A stretch of 64,000 bases of DNA, from IMG/VR virus record IMGVR_UViG_3300035666_000005, positions 56,877 through 120,876 of that record; one strand, 5' to 3'. Both the position numbers and the translations under genes were made by a program. Shown here one piece after another: positions 40,094 through 50,600 of the stretch. Positions within the stretch are counted from its first letter, which is position 1. Every line of letters begins with the position of its first letter. The stretch is from a virus. The notes below the pieces were generated by a model that had not been told where the DNA came from, searched no databases, and was given only the letters and a program-made list of their open reading frames with translations.

Positions 40094-41998
40094 TTAGATT
40101 AATTCTGCTACAAAAGTTGTATTCTTTTTTGTAAAGTTCTCTGGGGCCATTATATCAAAATAGGCTTTAACACCCCAATTGCCAAGCATAAGAGTTGTAT
40201 AATTATCTTTTCTAGCTCTATTTATACTTGTAGATTTTCTTAAATGAGATGGCAAATCAAAACTTTGGGTACCCCTAGATGTTGTAGTGACCTCAACATT
40301 GGCACACTGATCTTTCGTATCTTGAACAATGAAATCCTGCTCTTCTATAAATTCGCGGACGGTCAATTTCTTTGTTTCGTATTCATTATCCGCCTTTTCC
40401 CCGATTCCTCTAGGATATATATACTCCATCGGAAGATTCATTGTAAAAATATTTTCTAAAATATCAGGATGGTTGCTCGCGCGCGAGGCAAACCATATTT
40501 TTTTATGATCAATGCAAGTTTGTAAATAAGAGTTCGCGCGACCCAAAAAGAAGCTTGTAAAATATTGTTTAATACATATGTTGCCAAAATCTTTATTGTA
40601 TTGACGCGCACAATCTTTTAACATTTTAGTATAATCCTCATTTTCTTTATCTGAATCAAAATCCACAAAACCAATCTTACGATTCATGTCTTTGAAAAAC
40701 TGAGAGTTATTTACCGCATCTATAAAAGTATCTGCACCCGCATGGTCAATAATAATCAAGGCAATATTAAAGTTTTTATATAAATAATAAAAATATTTTA
40801 TATGATCTTGCAACGATGACCCTGCGGCTTGGTATCCATGAACTAATACGCCTTGTTTTTTTTCTTCATCTAGCTCAATAACACTCATGGCAAAATAATC
40901 GGCAACTTTAGAAGACGAAAAGTTAGGGTCAATTGCTAAAATATATTTTTTATCACTATCGCCAATTACTTTGGTAGTTGGATATTCCCCATCTGAAATC
41001 GTACACTCATGCATTTTTTTAGGTGAAAAATAACTATCCCCGCCATCAATAAAACGAGCGCAATATTCTCTTAAGAACGAATGATGTGAACTTCCGCCAC
41101 TTTTAGCTACTTGAATTGCGCCTTGGTCCACCATATGTTGTGGTAAGGCTTCATAACTTAATTGGGAAATAAAATATGTCCCAGGAAGCTCTCCCTCTTT
41201 AGACTCTTGTTCGTCTGGATGTTCTACTAAATGTGACCATTGTTGATAGACGCGAAATAAATGTTCAAAGGTATAACTTGCAGAACTTAAACATAACATT
41301 TGAGATGTGTTCTCAAAAATATGCCTATTGTCTGGATGTAGCAAGCCCTTTTTTATTAATTCTTCTTCTAATTTTCTAATACGAATACGTTCGCCTACAT
41401 CTCTTGGAGAACTCAAGAATGGAATAAGAACATTGTCAATAATATCCGGAGGTAAAAGTAAAAACTCATCCAAAATAAGTACGTTAGCGCGGATACCACG
41501 AATTTTTTCTCCAGTTAGTGGAATAGCTGTGATGCTGCCACCATTAATTTGCCATTCGTATTGGTCATTCCGCTTACTTTTTAAACCAAAACATTGTCTG
41601 GCTAAGGCCGCGCCTGGAGACATTAAAAATTTTTCAATTTCATTAAAAACACGGCGACTAGTACGAAAGTTAATAGATGCAATAAGTATTTTAGTTCCAG
41701 GCTCTAACATACATTTAAGAATACAATAGATCGCAGCGCAAAAACTTTTAGCACCACCACGACCCCAAACTAACATACAGTAATTTCTATTAAAAAAAGA
41801 ATTCAGCGTTAATTCTTGGTAGGCTTCTAATGTTAAGCCCATTGATAGCTCTGTAGTAAAACCAAGATTATATCTTAGGAATTTAGCAAGGCTAACCCTT
41901 GCCTCTTCGTCAGTTAAATCGCCCTTTAAATTAAGTAACTCTTTATTAACGTTAGCTAATGGTTTAGATTTTTTTTGATTTCCTACGATGAGTGCCAT
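40094..41998 (-). CDS. terL: Terminase large subunit
   Basis: Walker A GRGGAKS, Walker B IRGIRANVLILDE, LSSA motif, RNase H-like LAIDP and C-terminal KDNY. Confidence 0.92.
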   Translation of the reverse strand: MALIVGNQKKSKPLANVNKELLNLKGDLTDEEARVSLAKFLRYNLGFTTELSMGLTLEAYQELTLNSFFNRNYCMLVWGRGGAKSFCAAIYCILKCMLEPGTKILIASINFRTSRRVFNEIEKFLMSPGAALARQCFGLKSKRNDQYEWQINGGSITAIPLTGEKIRGIRANVLILDEFLLLPPDIIDNVLIPFLSSPRDVGERIRIRKLEEELIKKGLLHPDNRHIFENTSQMLCLSSASYTFEHLFRVYQQWSHLVEHPDEQESKEGELPGTYFISQLSYEALPQHMVDQGAIQVAKSGGSSHHSFLREYCARFIDGGDSYFSPKKMHECTISDGEYPTTKVIGDSDKKYILAIDPNFSSSKVADYFAMSVIELDEEKKQGVLVHGYQAAGSSLQDHIKYFYYLYKNFNIALIIIDHAGADTFIDAVNNSQFFKDMNRKIGFVDFDSDKENEDYTKMLKDCARQYNKDFGNICIKQYFTSFFLGRANSYLQTCIDHKKIWFASRASNHPDILENIFTMNLPMEYIYPRGIGEKADNEYETKKLTVREFIEEQDFIVQDTKDQCANVEVTTTSRGTQSFDLPSHLRKSTSINRARKDNYTTLMLGNWGVKAYFDIMAPENFTKKNTTFVAELI

Positions 41999-42918
41999 TT
42001 TGTATCAAAGTAATATTGTAAATCTATTTTATAGGCCTCTTCATTCATACCTAAAATATGAAGTGTTTTGTTTTTCGCTTCTTCGCGCCCATCACAAAAA
42101 ACAAATTGTAAATTATCATATTGACGTAATAATTTTCTCATATTATGAGCAATAAATTCACCAGAAGCTTTACCAAATTTTTGTTTTTGATACATCATAT
42201 TATTTAGAGTTGATTCTACCACAACAACAATATAACCTTTTAATTTCTTAGCTTTTTGAATTTCGCGTTCAAATCTTTCACGACCACCACTTAATGTTCC
42301 ATACAAATCACTTAAACTTTTACGTTCAACAGCTAATTTATTATTGGGATGTAAAGAATAATCACCATATTCTAATTTAGATTCAATTAAAGTATGTTCT
42401 TCGAAATGAAATGGTTTTTGTTCACGACTATCCACAATAATTTGTGCAATTGGAGTCCAAGGAATCTCATCTGGAATTTGATAATTAAACATGGAACGTA
42501 ATCCAATTTTTTGGCATAAATTATTGTAATGCATTCCAGAAAAGGCTTCAATTGTACTAACAGGTAATAAACAATTAATACTCTGGCACTCAACTTGACC
42601 TGGTGCGACATCAATGCTTTTTAAATCACAATATTGTGCTAATTTACTTTTAAAATAATCTGCACACTCTTCTTTGGAAAGAGTCTTTAACCAGTTTTTA
42701 TAGTTTTTCTTATCGACAAAATCGCAAGTTATATATTGATCAAAAGATTTATATTCTAATTTTTTGCCATCAAAACGGTCTATACGTTTCCAATAAGTTT
42801 CAAAATAGGTTTTGCAGGAAAGCTTATGATAATGTCTTAAATGTTTTTGAAGCTCGGCAAAATAATTAAACTCCTCACCACAAACTTTACATTTTAAGTA
42901 TATTTTGTTCTTATCCAT
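41983..42918 (-). CDS. ERCC4/XPF-family nuclease with N-terminal C2H2 zinc finger
   Basis: IIVDSREQ, GDY, VERKSLSDL, VVVE motifs; CKVC...HLRHYH finger. Confidence 0.85.
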   Translation of the reverse strand: MDKNKIYLKCKVCGEEFNYFAELQKHLRHYHKLSCKTYFETYWKRIDRFDGKKLEYKSFDQYITCDFVDKKNYKNWLKTLSKEECADYFKSKLAQYCDLKSIDVAPGQVECQSINCLLPVSTIEAFSGMHYNNLCQKIGLRSMFNYQIPDEIPWTPIAQIIVDSREQKPFHFEEHTLIESKLEYGDYSLHPNNKLAVERKSLSDLYGTLSGGRERFEREIQKAKKLKGYIVVVVESTLNNMMYQKQKFGKASGEFIAHNMRKLLRQYDNLQFVFCDGREEAKNKTLHILGMNEEAYKIDLQYYFDTKWHSS

Positions 42919-42929
42919 AATATATTATA

Positions 42930-44036
42930 TTAACTATGAACCATTTCATCTATATCAATTCCACGAATTATTGCCTTTAGTTCGTCCATGGATGATAAAC
43001 GTTTCGCTTCATCTTCTAAATTTTGTTTTTGAGCTTCTGCTAGATGAATAATACTTTTACGACGTTCCTCATCTTTCCACGCCTGCACTAAATTAAGAAT
43101 ACTAGCGTTTTCCTGTTTCCGCTCTTGTATTTTTTTAGATCTATCATCTACAAGTGATTTATATAATTTATTTTGCCTATTACGACATTGGTTATATTCA
43201 GTTTGTAAACTACTAATTGCCTCATTAAGACTCATTTTAATATTGCGCCCCTCGTCCTCTTCAGATGCTTGACGTAATAATTGACGCAAATCTTCAACTT
43301 GTTGTAAAATTGTAGAAGCCGTAACAACTTCTGTACATAAGGTAATAAATTGATCTAATTCTTCTTGTGTCAAATCTTCTTTATCATAAGTATAACGAAT
43401 AAAAGCATCTTCAAATAATTTACGGTCATCGTCACGACGATAAGTATTAATTTGATAACAAAAACTAAAAGTATTCAAATATCTTTGCAACATTTCTACC
43501 TGTTTGATTTGAACGGCTTTTAATTTTTTTTCTTCCCATCCTAAATTAAGATATTTATTAATTCTAAACAAGGTTTGATCCATACGGCGCGGCGGAAAAT
43601 ATTCTCCAATATGACTTTGTACCGGAGCCTCTGATTCTTTCGGTACATAAGTCGTCATATCTAAATATGTAGGATCAGCCTTTTGGAGTTTGTTAACATA
43701 TTTGTTGACTTCGCGTGATTCGAGACTGAGATGGGTCAAATTATTATTTTTAAATAAAATTTTAGCCATATCAAGATAGTGCTGATTTTTATAATTATTT
43801 TTTATAAATTCTTCATGATCTGTTGTTAATGAAATTCGATCTCTTTGAAAAACAGAGCGATTTTTATATTCAATATTATTATCTAATAAAAACTGTTTTA
43901 GTGCGCGCCCTTCTTTGCTACGACTATCTATATTTTCATTTTCATAAACATAGGCAGTAATTTCTGTTAAACTCGATTCGGGATTTTTTGTTAAAATTTC
44001 TTTTGCGCGATTTTGCTGATATTCATTTAAATGCAT
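42930..44036 (-). CDS. Hypothetical coiled-coil protein (terminase small subunit candidate)
   Basis: Helical N-terminus, long C-terminal coiled coil, near terL; function inferred. Confidence 0.35.
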   Translation of the reverse strand: MHLNEYQQNRAKEILTKNPESSLTEITAYVYENENIDSRSKEGRALKQFLLDNNIEYKNRSVFQRDRISLTTDHEEFIKNNYKNQHYLDMAKILFKNNNLTHLSLESREVNKYVNKLQKADPTYLDMTTYVPKESEAPVQSHIGEYFPPRRMDQTLFRINKYLNLGWEEKKLKAVQIKQVEMLQRYLNTFSFCYQINTYRRDDDRKLFEDAFIRYTYDKEDLTQEELDQFITLCTEVVTASTILQQVEDLRQLLRQASEEDEGRNIKMSLNEAISSLQTEYNQCRNRQNKLYKSLVDDRSKKIQERKQENASILNLVQAWKDEERRKSIIHLAEAQKQNLEDEAKRLSSMDELKAIIRGIDIDEMVHS

Positions 44037-44746
44037 TATAATACCTCCCTTACTACTTCACGAGCTTTTTGTAAAATTTTTGATTTGATTTTACTAATTT
44101 GTCTATATGCTGGCCGCCCTTCTTTTAAACTTAATTTATAACCCATTTTTTTTGCTACTTCCGCCTCGTCTAAATGCTGTAAAAACATATAGTCGTATAC
44201 TTTCCACTCAATGATACTTAGATTTTTCTTCATGATTTCATGAAAAAGTGGCATTAAATTTTCTATATCCATCATATTCTCCGTATCATGTAAAACATTT
44301 TCTAAGGTTGTTTCGGGATTGTCATGGTTTGGACTATGAATACTTAATGGAAATTTTACATCATATGCTGATTTTTTACTTTTTTCCCATTTAGAATAGT
44401 CCTTACAAGAATTATTTTGTGTTCCATATATAGAACAACCATAATCTCCAGTATTAAAAGGACATTTTAAACATGGGCGCGAGAAGTTAGAATAATGGTT
44501 TCTCAACATGTTTGTCATTTGGTGGTTAATAACTTGATTAAGCCATGGCCTCATAGGGCGTAATGGATCCCATTTCTCCCATTTCTTATAGATATGTATT
44601 CTTAATCTTTGAGCAACATCTTCGAAATCCATCCATGCGATGGCAGTTAAATGCCAACGATGTTTGCGTTTTTGAATTTCAGAATTAATAATATCTATCG
44701 AGTCTTCGAAAGATGGCCTAACAACGCCTTTTTTCTTACGTGGCAT
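44036..44746 (-). CDS. Phage RNA polymerase sigma factor (sigma70/ECF-like)
   Basis: Region 2-like DFEDVAQ...WLNQVINHQMTNMLR and region 4 HTH LSIIEWKVY...EAEVAKKMGY; Cys-rich insert. Confidence 0.8.
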   Translation of the reverse strand: MPRKKKGVVRPSFEDSIDIINSEIQKRKHRWHLTAIAWMDFEDVAQRLRIHIYKKWEKWDPLRPMRPWLNQVINHQMTNMLRNHYSNFSRPCLKCPFNTGDYGCSIYGTQNNSCKDYSKWEKSKKSAYDVKFPLSIHSPNHDNPETTLENVLHDTENMMDIENLMPLFHEIMKKNLSIIEWKVYDYMFLQHLDEAEVAKKMGYKLSLKEGRPAYRQISKIKSKILQKAREVVREVL

Positions 44747-44747
44747 A

Positions 44748-45152
44748 TTATTTAGATCTTAACGAGCCAGCTTCTTTTTGAAATTCTGATAAAATTTCTT
44801 CTTTAGTTTTTGTTTGAATATTATTTTGATTATTTACCTCGATAGGAGCAGATGGGTTATCAATTAAACTTCCAAAAGATTCCCCTTTAGGCTGGTAAAC
44901 ATCTACTTTAAAAGATGGTTTAATTTTTTTAAAGTCAATATTACTCTCTACCGTATCATAACTTTCATCGCTAATTTCTATAGAGTTTATATTTTTCTTT
45001 AATTTTAATTCATTTAAAAATTTATTTCTTTTATCTTCTACTGGCGCGGAAGATGATTTACTAGCAAACGATTGCCCACAAAAAGCGCAAAATTTTGGTA
45101 GTTCAAAATTATATTGGGTGGTCTTGCCACATTTTGAGCAAAAATATTTCAT
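44748..45152 (-). CDS. Zinc-ribbon protein
   Basis: FCSKCG...FCAFCG. Confidence 0.7.
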   Translation of the reverse strand: MKYFCSKCGKTTQYNFELPKFCAFCGQSFASKSSSAPVEDKRNKFLNELKLKKNINSIEISDESYDTVESNIDFKKIKPSFKVDVYQPKGESFGSLIDNPSAPIEVNNQNNIQTKTKEEILSEFQKEAGSLRSK

Positions 45153-45239
45153 ACACTAGTATTCTATAGGTTTACACAAAAAAATTCCAAAATCTCTTCT
45201 GTAAACATTTTATAAAAATGTTAGTGTAAATAACTATTG

Positions 45240-45827
45240 ATGTCGTCTTTAATTAATTCCGAGGTGTTCGATATCATCAAGGAAGATATCGAATCTCTTG
45301 ATGGTCGTATTGTTTTATTAAAAGGAAATTATTGCGGTGGTAAGAGCAAATGCTCCGGCCTTTTTTATATGGATTCTAATGACGATCCAGTTATTAAAGT
45401 GGCCAAGGGTAATTTACATGAAGAAGAATGGTTCGGGGTTCTTTTACATGAATATTGCCATTTTATTCAATGGCGAGACGACTCTAAATTATGGAATAAG
45501 TTTTGCGATTATGATGTAACCTATTCACAAATTATTTTAAAGCCACAAAAATATAAAAAAGAACTTGCGGCCCTAATAGAATTAGAAATTGATTGTGAAA
45601 AATGTGCCACAAGTATTATAAAAAATAATAAGCTATTCGATTATAAGAATTATGTCCAAACCGCAAATGCAATTCTATATAAATATGCAATGTTATATAA
45701 ATATGGAAAATGGCCAAATGACAATAGAAAATATCAAAAAGTACAAGAATTTTGCCCAAAAAGAATTCTAAAATCTTATAAAGAATATCTGGAAATACCA
45801 GAACGTGTTATTCAATATTATAAGTAG
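45240..45827 (+). CDS. Zincin-like metallopeptidase (HExxH)
   Basis: LLHEYCHFIQ plus downstream ELEIDCE; GTGTAA 10 nt upstream of ATG 45240. Confidence 0.7.
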   Translation: MSSLINSEVFDIIKEDIESLDGRIVLLKGNYCGGKSKCSGLFYMDSNDDPVIKVAKGNLHEEEWFGVLLHEYCHFIQWRDDSKLWNKFCDYDVTYSQIILKPQKYKKELAALIELEIDCEKCATSIIKNNKLFDYKNYVQTANAILYKYAMLYKYGKWPNDNRKYQKVQEFCPKRILKSYKEYLEIPERVIQYYK

Positions 45828-46071
45828 AATCAAACTGGCTAGGCGGAAGAATCAAACTGTTGTCCGTAATATATTGATTTAATTCTTCTTCACTATCCGC
45901 AATTACCATCGTAAAAGGACTCGAAGCTCCGCCAGCACATTGCAATGGAGGTACAATTACTTTATTAGTGATGGCGTCATAAATCATCCACCATTCAGTT
46001 TCGTTTACTAATATTCCGTCTACCATTGGAACAACATCTGGACGTTCTTGATTTGAATATATTTTAATCAT
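45808..46071 (-). CDS. Small hypothetical protein
   Basis: ATGA-coupled to the LRR gene; likely start 46071. Confidence 0.5.
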   Translation of the reverse strand: MIKIYSNQERPDVVPMVDGILVNETEWWMIYDAITNKVIVPPLQCAGGASSPFTMVIADSEEELNQYITDNSLILPPSQFDSTYNIE

Positions 46072-47036
46072 AATAAGTTTGTACCCGTAAATACTGTCCA
46101 TCCACGATTTCTTAAGGTTGTAACGTCTGTTACGCCTTGCCCCGTTGGTCTGGAATTAGTTGTTCCACCTAAATTTAATATGCATTCTCCATTTACTATT
46201 GGAGTTCCAGTTGTTCTTCCAGCTGTTACGAAAGCAGATAAAATTGAATTTACCGCGCTTACCCTCAGTTGATTATCGTGTGCTTGAAAATCTCCTAGCG
46301 TATTAGAAACAGAGCCACCAGCAAAGCCTGTTATTTTGGATGTTCCCCGTTGATTATAGCATAAAAATCTTTCTAATTTGGTATTTGCACTAAGGCTTGG
46401 TATAGAGTCTGTTAAAAGATTATTATGAAACCAGCATTCAGTGAGATCTACATTATTTGTTAGATTTGGTATAGGGCCTGTTAAATTACATGAAGCCAAT
46501 AAAAACCTTTGTAACTTTGTACAAGAATTAATATTAGGAATAGACCCTGTTAAAGGGTTTTCATAACAAGAAAATACCAACATAGCAAATTGATTGCTTA
46601 AAGATGGTGGAATTGGTCCTGTAAAATTATTTTGATGCACCAAAAAGTTTGTCCAACCATTATTATTGGTTAAATCAGGAATTGTCCCAGAAAGATTATT
46701 ATTATTAGTGCATTGAAAGTTCCTTAATTGAGAATTATAATTTGGAATAGTTCCTGAATATAAGTTATTGTTATATACAGCAACCCTTAAATTTGGAGTT
46801 CCCGTAAAAGATGGCAGTGATCCTGAAATTTTATTATTAGCAAGATTTATAAAAGTTAAATTTGCATTATTTTGATAACCACTAATAGCTGTAATGTCAT
46901 GATTAATACAACGAAAATCTTGCAAATTAGGAAAAGCAGATAGATTAATAGCTCCTCCCAATTTAGGAGAACTTGATCCACAGTTAATTTCTGTTACTGT
47001 TGGGTTATTTTGTAATATTAAACTAATTCCGGCCAT
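46068..47036 (-). CDS. Leucine-rich-repeat protein (plant-type N.L(S/T)G.IP repeats)
   Basis: Seven repeats: NKISGSLP, NLYSGTIP, NLSGTIP, NFTGPIP, PLTGSIP, NLTGPIP, LLTDSIP; likely start 47036. Confidence 0.85.
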   Translation of the reverse strand: MAGISLILQNNPTVTEINCGSSSPKLGGAINLSAFPNLQDFRCINHDITAISGYQNNANLTFINLANNKISGSLPSFTGTPNLRVAVYNNNLYSGTIPNYNSQLRNFQCTNNNNLSGTIPDLTNNNGWTNFLVHQNNFTGPIPPSLSNQFAMLVFSCYENPLTGSIPNINSCTKLQRFLLASCNLTGPIPNLTNNVDLTECWFHNNLLTDSIPSLSANTKLERFLCYNQRGTSKITGFAGGSVSNTLGDFQAHDNQLRVSAVNSILSAFVTAGRTTGTPIVNGECILNLGGTTNSRPTGQGVTDVTTLRNRGWTVFTGTNLL

Positions 47037-47041
47037 ATTGT

Positions 47042-47611
47042 TTAATTCAAGGTTACAAAAACATTTGTAATTCCTGGGGTCTGACCAGCCGCCCCTTTCC
47101 AAAAATTAATGCGTATAGTGTTTCCAGCAGGAACATTTGAAGCTGATAGAGTAACTGTTTGAGGGGTATTATTTATACTTGTATTTGCCAAAGTAGTTGA
47201 GGTGGTTTGATTTACTATGTTACACCCAAGACTCCAAGAGTTTGCATTAAAAGGATTAGACCCAAAAAATGTTAAAGTAACATTAGAAGTTACAGGCATT
47301 ACAATATTTTGAAAAAAAGGTACTAATCCACCTGCTTGTTCAGCGGACCTTGATAGAATGTTAAGATTTGCATAATAAACACCATTAAGTAATCTTATTA
47401 CAAAATCACTAGTTGCAGGGGCTGTTGCATTAGTATTCCATCCAAAAGGAACTGCTCTTCCCCACCAATTAGTAACATTACTAGTCATTCCAGAAACATT
47501 AGAAAAATCTCCATTGACAACTAGATTAGTCCAAATTAAATTATTATTATAATAAATTTGTTTAGCAGATTTCGGGCCGTATTGAATTACTTTTGATTGG
47601 TTTAAAGTCAT
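47042..47611 (-). CDS. Fibre partner with carbohydrate-binding-like domain
   Basis: N-terminal IQYGPKSAKQIYYNNNLIW motif, then NLVVNGDF CBM-like start. Confidence 0.55.
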   Translation of the reverse strand: MTLNQSKVIQYGPKSAKQIYYNNNLIWTNLVVNGDFSNVSGMTSNVTNWWGRAVPFGWNTNATAPATSDFVIRLLNGVYYANLNILSRSAEQAGGLVPFFQNIVMPVTSNVTLTFFGSNPFNANSWSLGCNIVNQTTSTTLANTSINNTPQTVTLSASNVPAGNTIRINFWKGAAGQTPGITNVFVTLN

Positions 47612-50600
47612 TATATTAAAATATATAGCACTCCACTAATAGGAGTAAGAGAATTATATTCACCTGTAGTTAAGACTCGTATACCACTTGCGCCGCCTAA
47701 ATTTGTTACACGGTTATTAACTTGACCTTGTAACGTTGAACCTGTCGTCGCAAGGTTTGTTACCGTGGCATAAACAGATAAATCAAGCTCTCCTTGTAAT
47801 AAAACACCACTTTCATTAACTGTTGGGCGCGTATTAAAAGTGGCGCTATTAGCTTGAACGTTTCCAGCAAACGATCCATCGCCACTAACCGCATCAATAT
47901 AAAAACCTTTGCTAACCGACCCTTGGAAAAATACACCACTAAAATCATATGAACTAAAACTTAAGTTTGGTATTTGATACTGCAGGGTTAACCCTAAATT
48001 AGTTGGTGTTGGTTTGTGCCCCCATTGCAATCTCACGGGATAGCTTTGTCCAGAATTTAATGGTAAATTATCTAAAGCATTACCCGTATTTGTATTAATA
48101 TCCGCATTTCCACTCGTATAGCCATTAGAAGCTTTATCTCCTATCCAAAAATAAGCATCGTCATCTGCATACAAAGAAAAACTATAATTTTCTGTTACCT
48201 GTGGAACAAAATATCCAACCCATTCCCAAGAAGTGCCATTTGAAAGCGCACGAGCTGCATTAAAAATAGTACTATTTTCAGAATTTTGGGTTTGTGTTAC
48301 GGTAGAAATTTGAGTAGCTGGCAATTCGTCCCAATAATCTGTGCCATTTGCAGTACCATCTAGATAACCACCAAATGGTCCGTAACCCACTGGCGCATAA
48401 GCTTTACATATCCAATTAGATCCGCCATAACTTACAATATCATTAATATTATAGGTAGCTCCGCCACCCCAAGCCTGTATGCCTGTTGCTAAACCCCACG
48501 TTTCTAAATCAGATGATGTGTAGTGTTGAACATAATTTCCTGGATGCAAATACCAATAAGATTCTTCTGCTGGAAATTGACTATAGTAATCAATTCTCCA
48601 TCCATTTGGACCTTGAAAATAATTTGTCCCCTGATTAAGCGCGCTAGAAACTCTTGTATAAGTTCCAGAGGATGACACTCCAGTTAATACTAATTCATTT
48701 ATTATTGGTTTTAACGTGGCTGTTTTAAACCACTCTGAGTCGCCAGAAAAATAACCACTATATTGAATTCCTAGTAATCCATCTGTTAAAAGACCATTTG
48801 ATTGGGCGTATCCACCATCAATCTTATTTTCTGTTATAATTATAGAACTATTTCCAACTTTAATTCCGCTAGCAAAGAATCCGCTATTAGTAACTTTTAT
48901 ATTCCCAGCGACTTCTAATTTTTCAGATGGAGAATGCGTATCAATTCCAATTTTGCCATCGTTTTTAATTATTAACCTCTCAGTTCCATCACCAGGATTT
49001 ACAGAAGTAAAAAATCTTATATCTCCACCTTGCCAATTATATTGTTCAAAATCATTATCTTGTATTCCGAAAAATACCCCTCGATTAACCCCGCTATTAT
49101 TTAAAATTTCTAGCCATGTAGCAGGAGAATTGGTTTGAAGACTTAACGTATATTGAGAATTTGGATCTACGATACTATTTGCATCATTTCCAATTATTAA
49201 ACGGCCACTTTTAATTTGATTGCCAGTAGTAAAAACAATATTACTACCTGTAGAATTAATATAATCGCTTAAATTATCGACTTTCGTATTTAACGTCAAA
49301 CCTGTCGTCGCAAGGTTTGTCGTTAGCGTATCAAGATTTCCGCTTAATAGATTCAATTCTTGAACAGACGCAATATCATTTAAAATTGATAGATCGTCGC
49401 TTCTTCGGGCGATCCCAAATTTAAATTTGTTTGAATGATCAAAACCAATAATTGGGCCATAATCATTTACCCCTGTTAACCCACTTCCGGTAACAAAAAA
49501 TAAACCACCATCTACCGCACTGCCAGTTAAATTCAAAAGAATGTAGGGGCTTTCTATAAATTTATTTTCTACGTTCGCAATAAATTCTGTTCCAGTCACA
49601 TAAAGATCACTAATATATACAGTGTTACTGAAATATTTTGTTCCGAATATGGTTTGCTCTCCGTTTGTTAAAACTGCGTTTGTAATGAGTGCGTAACGGG
49701 TGTCTAATTCTCCAGTTTGGGTTGGAGAAATTTCTACATAATTATTTAATAAAGATATCCAAGCGTAAATTTTTGAGGTATCCAGTGCCGTATAAACACG
49801 ATTAACGTCTCCAGTAATTGGAAAAGAAGACCGGCTCGGAAGAATTGGAAAAAAATCAAGATGGGATCGCTGACTAGATAAACTACTAGTTAACAGGGTC
49901 CGACCAGCACTAGTTGAATTTGTAATATCTGATGCTACATGAGTATGATTTCCTGCGCTGACTTCATTACTAGCCGTTCCGACGTTACGAGTCGCTGCTG
50001 TCCCAAGATTTGTAACATCTGCAGCCACATGTGTATGTACTAAATTTGCCTTACCTGTAATTTGAGATTCTAGGTTTGAACCTGTTGTCGCAAGATTCCT
50101 CGCCAGTGTCGAACCTGTTGTCGCAAGATTTGTTACCGTCGCATAAACAGAAAGATCCAATTCTCCTTGCAACAAAACTCCGGTATTGTTAACTGTTGGC
50201 CTGTTCGAAAAACGCCACTCCCCACTTACGATACCGGTATTTTGTACGAAAATAACATTTGCCCCCGAAAATATATAATTATCGGCATAAAAAGTTTTAC
50301 TACCGCTTATAATTTGACTTCCGCTTGTGTAAACAATCGTATCTGGTAACCTGGCGGCTTCACCACTTAATAAGATTCCAGTTCCATTAACAGAAGGACG
50401 ATTAGTAAATTGACCATTAAGCTTTGTTACATAATTGTTATCTAAACTGTCAATTTGCGATTGTAGATTTTGTCCAGTTTGCGATAACTGCAAATCGCTC
50501 GCATAGTCAAGGTCTAGGTTATTGATTTGGTTTTGCAGGTTTTGACCTGTTGCTGTAAGATTCGATGAAATAGCCGCTCCAGTTTGCGATAACTGCAAAT

